DNA of 32,000 nucleotides from Candidatus Methanoperedens sp. (lineage in GTDB: Archaea > Halobacteriota > Methanosarcinia > Methanosarcinales > Methanoperedenaceae), in the NCBI GenBank assembly GCA_027460535.1, contig JAPZAR010000004.1, forward strand, positions 1-32,000. The letters are read 5' to 3'. Under the pieces are notes generated by a model. That model made no database searches and was not told the origin of the DNA. It worked only from the letters and a program-made list of their open reading frames with translations. The stretch's first letter is position 1. Every line of letters starts with the position of its first letter. Position numbers and translations under genes: made by a program. Below, piece after piece: positions 12,605-20,197 of the stretch.

Positions 12605-13530
12605 CACCTCTCCCTTGAAAGAAGAATCATTGTATAGATAGCATAATATGTATATTCAATATCTGGGGAGCCCATATTGCCAAATCCACCCCAGGGAGTC
12701 TTGAAATTAAGAATGCCGTCGGTGACTTTTTTTGCAGAAATTGAATTTAAAGACCCCAAAAGTGTGAGAGAATTAATTGCACAAAAAATTGAATTTAGGT
12801 CAGTTACTTTAGATCTCAAGTGATTTTTGAAACCAGCGTTTGACTGGCAATTCAATACAAAATCAACAACTTGTTTTTCATCAACCAGACTTAAACGATC
12901 TAATAAATATAATGTAAACAATGCCGATGTCGTCTCAACAAGATTCGGTTGCAAAGATTTATACGATGCCTTAAATCCTGCTTCCGGTGTTTTTAGATTG
13001 ATCAAAAATTCAGTGGTTTTATTAAGAAATTCTTTATCTAATAAATCAGCCTTATCTAGCAGGTACAAAGAGAAAACCCCATAAAATGTTGAGTATGCAG
13101 CGGGTTGTCTTGATTTTCCATCTTTCAGAAAACCTCCCTCTGTTGATTGTAATGAAATAATAAATTCACTGATTTTTTCGCAATCAAGATCATCGAAGTT
13201 ATCAGTTGCTATGGATGTTCCAATTCCACAAAAAGTATGAATTATATCAGGATATGCGCCCTTTCTGTATCCAAAACCACCATTTTTATCATAGCATGAA
13301 AATAAAAAATCTTTAAGGCCAATATGATCTAATATTTTTTCTTTTTCTAACATCTTGAAAGTTTCAATCGCAAAGAATGAATAATATAAATCCGAAGTAG
13401 TTTCGCCCAACCTTCCAACGAATCCACCATCTTTTTGTTGGAGTTTGTTAAATAAATTTTCTGTATTTATCAATTCCTCTTGAAGCTCCGATGATAGTTC
13501 TTTAGCCGTAGCTACGCATAAGCTCTTCAT
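12604..13530 (-). CDS. Prenyltransferase/squalene-cyclase-repeat protein (alpha/alpha toroid resembling the protein prenyltransferase beta subunit)
   Basis: 308 aa with six spaced repeats of the PFTB type: DGGFVGR...DLYYSFFA, NGGFGYR, EGGFLKDG...AYSTFYG, EAGFKAS, NAGFKNH, WGGFGN...YTYYA. The start ATG overlaps the upstream stop (ATGA 13527-13530). Confidence 0.7.
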   Translation of the reverse strand: MKSLCVATAKELSSELQEELINTENLFNKLQQKDGGFVGRLGETTSDLYYSFFAIETFKMLEKEKILDHIGLKDFLFSCYDKNGGFGYRKGAYPDIIHTFCGIGTSIATDNFDDLDCEKISEFIISLQSTEGGFLKDGKSRQPAAYSTFYGVFSLYLLDKADLLDKEFLNKTTEFLINLKTPEAGFKASYKSLQPNLVETTSALFTLYLLDRLSLVDEKQVVDFVLNCQSNAGFKNHLRSKVTDLNSIFCAINSLTLLGSLNSISAKKVTDGILNFKTPWGGFGNMGSPDIEYTYYAIYTMILLSRER

Positions 13531-14753
13531 GAAACCACCTTATTCAATCTGATTCGCTTGATTACTGTATCGATCTCAATATCCGTATTTTTGCATCCTC
13601 CTTTTAGCAAAGGTAAACCCCCGCTTGGTATTTTCAACGAATCTACAATTGGAATGGCTTTCATCAACGAATCCAGGCAGGCAATAGCGAAAAATGCATC
13701 AGCTTTTTTTTCTTTGAGCATTTTTAGCACTACCGTTGCTCCCTCTGAGATATAGATAGTATAACCTAATTCCTTAGCAACCTTAACAATGGGATTAATC
13801 TTGCATTGCTCACTTCCGCATTCCTCGCAGATTAGTTGTAAACCAGTTTCCAGTGGCTCATAGTGGTTTCGGCATTTTTCAGCGTCACGAAGGCAATGAG
13901 GTACTATTAAAACTCTTTTATTATAGGGAATCTTACTGAAGTCTTCACTCAAAATCTGTGTCTTTAATTCTGCAATGGTGAAATCGAGGAACTTTGACGA
14001 TAAACTCAGTTGATTTAGGATTTTAGCTGCGGTTGCATCAACGCAATTAATGTTCTCTTTATTTGTGAAAATGAGTTCACGTATTTTCTGTCTATCTCCC
14101 AGATCAGGTATGTTTGATATCTTCTCTGTTCTGCCAGGATATTCAAAATCCTTTATTGTGAATACTGCTGCTTCTGAAGATCCCTCTCCCTCTCCACCAG
14201 CAACCCATTTTTCCGTAGATTTTGCAAAAATAATGGCTTCTTCAGGACAATCTCTTGCACATGCAGGACAGTTGTCTTTACAACTATATGGATTTGCTAC
14301 TTTTACTCCAACTTCATCCTCCTTGATATCAAATACATCAAAAATACAGAAGTCATAGCAGCTGCCACATCCAGTACATCTGTCATAATCAATTACAGGA
14401 AACCATTCATGAATTTCTTCAATATTTTCCCCATTTCTTGCAGGTAATATATTTTTCAGCTCAGTAATCACTTCTTTCAGACTTAAGTCCCTCATGTTAA
14501 CATGAATCAACTCTCCCTTACATGAGTTGAAAAGCCATTTTTGCGATCTCTGGTAACAAGCGAGTGTTACAATTTTGTCATTTTTCATCAAAGAATTCAA
14601 AAAAGGTAAGCCAAGTTTTGGGCTGCATAGATAAGGATGTTCACTTATGTATTTGACATCGTGGTTCTCTCTTATATATGTACTGAGCTTACTAATGTCT
14701 GCCTGGTTGAAAAACCCTCTTCCTCGACACTGACATATTACAATTCCAACCAT
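13527..14753 (-). CDS. Multi-domain Fe-S protein: Cys-containing N-terminal domain + 2x[4Fe-4S] ferredoxin domain + C-terminal DUF116-like Cys-rich domain
   Basis: 408 aa. Ferredoxin motifs CTGCGSCYDFC and CKDNCPACARDCP. The C-terminal PHCLRD...C...CEECGSEQC...ISEGAT pattern resembles DUF116. The N-terminus IVICQCRG...LC...TLAC resembles the Cys-rich domain of HdrA/Qmo-type proteins (weak). Confidence 0.6.
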   Translation of the reverse strand: MVGIVICQCRGRGFFNQADISKLSTYIRENHDVKYISEHPYLCSPKLGLPFLNSLMKNDKIVTLACYQRSQKWLFNSCKGELIHVNMRDLSLKEVITELKNILPARNGENIEEIHEWFPVIDYDRCTGCGSCYDFCIFDVFDIKEDEVGVKVANPYSCKDNCPACARDCPEEAIIFAKSTEKWVAGGEGEGSSEAAVFTIKDFEYPGRTEKISNIPDLGDRQKIRELIFTNKENINCVDATAAKILNQLSLSSKFLDFTIAELKTQILSEDFSKIPYNKRVLIVPHCLRDAEKCRNHYEPLETGLQLICEECGSEQCKINPIVKVAKELGYTIYISEGATVVLKMLKEKKADAFFAIACLDSLMKAIPIVDSLKIPSGGLPLLKGGCKNTDIEIDTVIKRIRLNKVVS

Positions 14754-14764
14754 AGTTACCCCAG

Positions 14765-15988
14765 CTATCTGGATATAATTTTCATTACGCCAAGTAAACC
14801 CAATTTGCGTATTAAGAGTCCTTTTTTCGACATAAAGGGATTGTAAATTTGGCTGTACTCAACACTGGAAAACATATTCTCCATTATTTTTTTTATCTCA
14901 CTATTTTCCTCGGTCAATTCCAATATGGCATCCATCATGCGATCGTAAAATTGTGGGTTATGCCCATACATCATTTTTGCCATTTTGGCAGAATATTTCA
15001 AATCATTATCAATCAATTCAGAGTGACAAAGTTCAGTATAACGCCCCAAGCTTTTCTCGGAGTAATCCCCTTCATTTATCACAGATGCTGCCAACTCCGC
15101 TGATTTTAATGCATAGTAAATACCTTCCCCAGTCATGAAATTAACCAGGCCTCCTGCCTCTCCGACAAGCAAAAAACGATTTCCATGAAGCCTATCCACG
15201 TAATTCTCTGCCATCGGGTGTCCATACAATGATCTCCCATCCATCATCATTTCTTTGGATCCTTTCAATTTTTGGGATATAATTGGATGGTTATGTATTA
15301 TTTCAAAGAGTTTTTCTTTCATTCCTTTTGCATTTTTAGTTTTTTCAGTGAAACCAATACTAACCCCTTCTTTTTTTGGAAAAATCCAGAAATAACCATT
15401 AGTGGTTATATCCCCGTCCCAGTAAATTTCGGGTCCGTCAATTTTCTCTTCTATCGTACTGGAAGGAAGTTCCAACTCATGAGAGATAGTTGTAAAGTAC
15501 CTTGGCGGGGTAACACCAATGAATTTGTAAAGATAAGAAGACGCTCCCCAGGCACCAACCAGAATCTCAGCTTCATATTCCTGACCTCCCTCTAACTTTA
15601 CTGTCACTCCACCATTCAGTTTAATAGAATCTACTTTGCTTTTATCTAAAACTTCAACGCCTTTTTTCTCTGCCCTATCAATTAACCATGCATCAAATTT
15701 ATTCCTGTATACCACTATTCCTTTTTTTCCATCGGATTCAGAGCACGAGACTGAAAACTTCTTGGTTTTTGTATAAAGCGTTTCTTTTGTTACTTCCCTC
15801 TCCACAACCTCGGCCGGTGGCTCTCCGACCAATTTCAGGCAGCGAGTACACATTCCTCCCCCACATGGTTTATACCTGTTCTTACTCTTTCTTTCAACAA
15901 GCAGAACATTAAGACCCTTTTCAGCTAATTTCAATGAAGTGAAACTTCCAGCTGGTCCGCCTCCCACTACAATCGCATCATACTTCAT
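14765..15988 (-). CDS. Geranylgeranyl reductase (GGR)-family FAD-dependent oxidoreductase
   Basis: Rossmann motif YDAIVVGGGPAGS. GGR-family motifs YKPCGGG, YFWIFPK and LLVGEAGG. ATG 15988 lies 5 nt after GGGAGGA. The 15 upstream track codons were discarded. Confidence 0.8.
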   Translation of the reverse strand: MKYDAIVVGGGPAGSFTSLKLAEKGLNVLLVERKSKNRYKPCGGGMCTRCLKLVGEPPAEVVEREVTKETLYTKTKKFSVSCSESDGKKGIVVYRNKFDAWLIDRAEKKGVEVLDKSKVDSIKLNGGVTVKLEGGQEYEAEILVGAWGASSYLYKFIGVTPPRYFTTISHELELPSSTIEEKIDGPEIYWDGDITTNGYFWIFPKKEGVSIGFTEKTKNAKGMKEKLFEIIHNHPIISQKLKGSKEMMMDGRSLYGHPMAENYVDRLHGNRFLLVGEAGGLVNFMTGEGIYYALKSAELAASVINEGDYSEKSLGRYTELCHSELIDNDLKYSAKMAKMMYGHNPQFYDRMMDAILELTEENSEIKKIMENMFSSVEYSQIYNPFMSKKGLLIRKLGLLGVMKIISR

Positions 15989-16136
15989 TTTTATCCTCCC
16001 GAATACTACCTGTGCTCCATATTCTCCAGGCAAACATCATCTTGATTGGGTTATATATTACTAACCACGTATAATATTCCATTAATTCTGCAATATTAAT
16101 TGAATCATATAATCTTGTATAACCTATCTAATATTA

Positions 16137-16988
16137 GTGTGCTTATCATACTCACTGGCCGTGGGATTTAAGGAAACAATCAACCTTTTGAATGCATCAT
16201 CCATAGTGTCGATTTCGGGAGGTCTAAGGTTTTATGTAGCTTTCCTGCTCGCTGGAAAAAAACCTGAGATTTCATTATGTATAGCTGCGATCTTAATGGT
16301 TTACGCAACATACACATTTGATAGAGCAGTTAAAAGGAAAGAAGATGAGATCAACCGAATAGACGAGGAGAATGCCAATAAAAATCTTGCTCTTTTCATA
16401 GTTTTTGTCTCTTCTTCAGCTGCCATTTTGATTCTTGCTGAGAATGGGATATCACCGATCCTAGTTTTTTTCCCCTTTACAATGGGTTTAATGTACAGCA
16501 AAGGAATCAATATCGGAAGTTTTTCACTTAATCTGAAGCGAAGGCTAGGAATTAAAAATTGTTTTGTAGCATTTACGTGGTCATTCACAATCATCGCCCT
16601 GGTGCGTCCTCATGGAAGTCCACAGCTTATTTTAATATTTGTTTTCTTTTTTTCAAAAAGTTTTATAAATACTATTATATTTGATTTCAAAGATGTAACT
16701 GGGGACTCATATGCCGGTCTTACAACTTTCCCACTGCATTTTGGAGAAGCGAGTACAAGGTTAATGCTTCAAATAATACATTCCTCTCTTCATTTAGCCC
16801 TTATTGCGCTTTCTTTATTAAACCTTGCCGAATTTGAATTATTCATTCTATTTTATGGCTGGATAGTGGGAATAATCTATATATTCCTGTACGCCACTTC
16901 TAAAAAAACTATTTCCAGGAGCCTGGTCATACATGGAGAGTGGGCTCACATGCTCTTGTTCAGGAGCTTTGTGGATCAACTTTTTTAG
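16137..16988 (+). CDS. UbiA-superfamily intramembrane prenyltransferase (divergent first Asp-rich motif)
   Basis: 283 aa with ~8 hydrophobic helices. The second motif FDFKDVTGDSYAG followed by LTTFPLHFG is typical of the UbiA family. The first motif is atypical (YTFDRAVKRKEDEIN). The track start is GTG, so the start is uncertain. Confidence 0.7.
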   Translation: MCLSYSLAVGFKETINLLNASSIVSISGGLRFYVAFLLAGKKPEISLCIAAILMVYATYTFDRAVKRKEDEINRIDEENANKNLALFIVFVSSSAAILILAENGISPILVFFPFTMGLMYSKGINIGSFSLNLKRRLGIKNCFVAFTWSFTIIALVRPHGSPQLILIFVFFFSKSFINTIIFDFKDVTGDSYAGLTTFPLHFGEASTRLMLQIIHSSLHLALIALSLLNLAEFELFILFYGWIVGIIYIFLYATSKKTISRSLVIHGEWAHMLLFRSFVDQLF

Positions 16989-17754
16989 AACGTTTTTCAA
17001 AGTATTTGAACAAATCATTCCCCCATTCTAAAGCACTTTTTTCATAACTTATTATATTATTATAGAAATCATAGGTGCCATTATTAAAGAAAAGCCTCAT
17101 GGATAAAAAAAGATCGGTCACAGTAAAGGTAAATTCGATTTTCTCGTTGAATACCATTACCTGTACATTATTATATTCCAGACCTTTTTCAAGTTCGGCA
17201 GAGTAATCTTCCTTCATTTTCTTAAATACATCTTCAGTCAATATGATTGAAATTGGCATGCCTCTGTCTGCCAGCATGTTAATGTATTTCGGGTAATCGG
17301 GATGCAATACTGATGAAACCCCTTCTATGCAATTCGATTGTAAAAGATTTTTAATGTACTCATTATGAGGTTTAAAAATCTCGGTCGGAGTACCTCCAAA
17401 AATACGATAATTTCCTAATTCATTAAGACGCATTTTGAATTCGTAAGGTATTCCATTAATTTTATGTCTTTTCCAGAATTCAATATCTTTTTCAAATATG
17501 TCCAGAGTCTTGATAAGGTGATTATAAGAATGAGTTACTATATACCCCATTTCAGTCAAAAAGTAGTTCTTACCTTCCAGGTGAATTAAATTATTCTTTT
17601 CCAGCTTTTTTATTTGAGGAATTATCTCGGGAGATGTTACTCCCAAACGATCTCTTATTTCCTGCAGCGTTTTTGGCTCTCTCTGCAACATAAATAGAAT
17701 ATCGCGCCTTTTTCCAGAAAAAGTCAGTAGACTTAATAATCCTTTACCTTCCAT
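16960..17754 (-). CDS. Winged-helix transcriptional regulator with a FilR1/DUF1724-type C-terminal domain
   Basis: ArsR-like wHTH (KRRDILFMLQREPKTLQEIRDRLGVTSPEIIPQIKKLEKNNLI) plus a ~170-aa C-terminal domain, as in methanogen Msr/FilR1-type regulators. ATG 17754 follows GGAGGG. The 3' end overlaps the UbiA gene convergently by 29 bp. Confidence 0.7.
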   Translation of the reverse strand: MEGKGLLSLLTFSGKRRDILFMLQREPKTLQEIRDRLGVTSPEIIPQIKKLEKNNLIHLEGKNYFLTEMGYIVTHSYNHLIKTLDIFEKDIEFWKRHKINGIPYEFKMRLNELGNYRIFGGTPTEIFKPHNEYIKNLLQSNCIEGVSSVLHPDYPKYINMLADRGMPISIILTEDVFKKMKEDYSAELEKGLEYNNVQVMVFNEKIEFTFTVTDLFLSMRLFFNNGTYDFYNNIISYEKSALEWGNDLFKYFEKRSKKVDPQSS

Positions 17755-17991
17755 TTTTTTCCCTCCGGTTTTTTTTAAACAGCCCCCTATCTGGTTGAAA
17801 AAACTCTTTTTCCACCCTATTTGATTATACTGATTAATCTTAAGCTGCAATATTTATACAATCATTGTAATTAGCATTATATAATTGTTTTTTGACTCTA
17901 CAAATCATATCATAGTTAAAATTAGTTACATATGCACTGCGCCTCCAAAGTGGACAACAAGTTAAGTTATGGTTCACTATGAGGGAAATAT

Positions 17992-18312
17992 ATGGGAAAA
18001 ATAGCAGGAAGAAGACATACACGGGAATTCAAAATCTCTATAATTCGGGAACTTGAAAGTGGAAAGAATCCGGTGCAGCTCAGTCGTGAGAACAATATCC
18101 ATCCGACCATGATATTCAGATGGAGATTGGAATATCGAAAAAATCCAGAATCCGCTTTTAGTGGCAATTGTAATACCTATAAAGAAACTGTAAACAATCA
18201 TGAACTGGAAAGGCTTGTCGACAAGCTATATTCTGAGAATGAATTTTCAAAAAAAGTCTTGATTATCTTGGAAAAGAGAATACAGAAGAAACAGATTCCA
18301 AAGGCGGAGTGA
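17992..18312 (+). mobile_element. Solitary IS3-family transposase orfA (HTH subunit); no orfB/DDE domain, so an IS remnant
   Basis: RRHTREFKISIIRELESGKNPVQLSRENNIHPTMIFRWRLEY is the IS3/IS911 OrfA-type HTH. It is followed by a heptad Leu region and an A7G slippery run at 18249-18256. The -1 frame closes after ~24 codons, and a convergent ABC gene starts its 3' end at 18347. Confidence 0.7.
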
Positions 18313-18346
18313 AGTTTTGATATTTTTCAGATTGTTTGGCACCGAT

Positions 18347-19009
18347 TCACGAGTAGTCTATTTTCCCATCTCTGAATTTGATTATTCTATCAACCTTCTC
18401 ACCTATCTCATGGTCATGTGTCACAATAATTATGGTTACCCCATGTTCTATATTCAGTTGTTTGAATAGTGCCATTATTTCATAGGAGGATTTTCTATCA
18501 AGATGACCCGTAGGCTCATCTGCTAACAATATCTTTGGGTTATTTGCCAGTGCCCTTGCAATAGCTACGCGCTGCTGCTGCCCACCTGATAACTCATATG
18601 GCTTATGACGGATGAAATTGCCCAATCCGACATCTTCAAGAAGCTTATTAGCTCTTCTTGACGGGTTTGGTTGGGCAGCTAGCATCATTGGAAAAATCAC
18701 ATTTTCAAGCGCATTTAATTGATTAAATAGGCTAAAAAATTGAAAGACAAAACCAAAATTGTCTAACCGAAATTTTATCTTTTTATCATCATTTAGTTCA
18801 GTTACATTTGTGCCATTTACCAATATCTCACCTGACGTATGCGTATCCAACAATCCTACCATGTTTAAGAATGTTGATTTACCGCTACCGGATGGACCCA
18901 TTATTGCCACAAATTCTCCCTGGTCAATAGAAATATTTATTCCATCCAGAGCCATGACTCTTACCTTTCCCATTAAATAGATTTTTGCGAGATCTTTTGT
19001 CATGATCAT
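18347..19009 (-). CDS. ABC transporter ATP-binding protein (MacB/LolD-type)
   Basis: Walker A GPSGSGKST, signature LSGGQQQRVAIARAL, Walker B LLADEPTGHLD. ATG 19009 lies just after GGTGGTGA and 1 nt after the permease stop. Confidence 0.9.
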   Translation of the reverse strand: MIMTKDLAKIYLMGKVRVMALDGINISIDQGEFVAIMGPSGSGKSTFLNMVGLLDTHTSGEILVNGTNVTELNDDKKIKFRLDNFGFVFQFFSLFNQLNALENVIFPMMLAAQPNPSRRANKLLEDVGLGNFIRHKPYELSGGQQQRVAIARALANNPKILLADEPTGHLDRKSSYEIMALFKQLNIEHGVTIIIVTHDHEIGEKVDRIIKFRDGKIDYS

Positions 19010-19010
19010 T

Positions 19011-20192
19011 CTATTCACCACCAAGGGCCTTTATTAAATTCGTTTTCCCTGCTATCATAGCAGGATAAACACCAGCAAGTAAGGAGATACTGAGGGAAAC
19101 CACAGTGGAGCGCAATAAAAGGTATAGTCCAAACCTTGCACCTAAATAATCTTTGGCAAGAGGATCATAAAAAGGATGAGCTTCGAGGTATCTTATGCCT
19201 ATATAACCAAGTACATCTCCTCCGACAACTCCTGTTATCCCGAAAAACATAGCTTCAATTAAAAAAATAGTAACCAGCAGAGAATTCTTGACCCCAATAG
19301 CTTTCAAGATTCCTATCTGTCTCCTTTTATTAATGATACTTACATAGATTATCACTGCCACTGAGACATTTGCAGCAATAAGGCTGATTAACACGATAGT
19401 GTTTCCTAGTTGCTGAATCGTTGCGGAAGAACTAAGCGTGCTTTCAACTTCATCTTCCCATGTTTTCACATTCGAAACTTCAAGTTCATTTTTAATAGTT
19501 TGTTTATATTCTTGTGCAATATTTTTATCGGTTAACTTGATAAGAATTACAGAAGCTTTATCTTGTATGCCCAGTTCTCGTTTAGCTTCTTCTTCTGGAA
19601 TATATATGGTATTTGTATCTATGTCAGGAATGCCTGTATGAATGATGCCTTTGACGTTGTAACTTTTACTTTTTCCATTCTCAAAAGTTAAGGTGATATC
19701 ATCCCCTGTATTGATACCCAGATCCTCTTGTATTCTGAATGAAATTAAGACTTCATTGCTGTCCCGTGAACTTATAGGCTTACCAATCTCAACCTTTTCT
19801 AAAATTGTAGAGACCTTCTCTTCGTTGTCTGGATTTAAAGCAATTATATTCACAGATTTAGATATCCCCTTTTTTTCAATTACTCCCCCGAATTGCAGAC
19901 GTGATGAATAAGCTACTACATTACTCATACTTTCGAGCTTCATTTCTTTAATGCCAAGTCCTTCAATGTATTGCTTGTCTACATCGGGGTAAATCGTCAT
20001 ATGACCTGTATTTGCGTTGACGCTATTATCTACTAAATCAAGTACAATGCCATCGGATATCCCATTTATAATTATAACATTCGCAGTTCCAAATGATATA
20101 GCAATGAATAGGAACAAAAAAATTTTCTTATCTTGAATTATATCTCTTTTTGCAAAAAAAAAGGCAGTTCGAAGTTCTGAACCAGTGCCCAT
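19011..20192 (-). CDS. ABC transporter permease, FtsX/MacB type
   Basis: An N-terminal TM, a ~250-aa extracytoplasmic domain and three C-terminal TMs (the FtsX-domain pattern). ATG 20192 lies 5 nt after AAGGTGA. GTG 20201 is the alternative start in the track. Confidence 0.8.
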   Translation of the reverse strand: MGTGSELRTAFFFAKRDIIQDKKIFLFLFIAISFGTANVIIINGISDGIVLDLVDNSVNANTGHMTIYPDVDKQYIEGLGIKEMKLESMSNVVAYSSRLQFGGVIEKKGISKSVNIIALNPDNEEKVSTILEKVEIGKPISSRDSNEVLISFRIQEDLGINTGDDITLTFENGKSKSYNVKGIIHTGIPDIDTNTIYIPEEEAKRELGIQDKASVILIKLTDKNIAQEYKQTIKNELEVSNVKTWEDEVESTLSSSATIQQLGNTIVLISLIAANVSVAVIIYVSIINKRRQIGILKAIGVKNSLLVTIFLIEAMFFGITGVVGGDVLGYIGIRYLEAHPFYDPLAKDYLGARFGLYLLLRSTVVSLSISLLAGVYPAMIAGKTNLIKALGGE

Positions 20193-20197
20193 GATAT

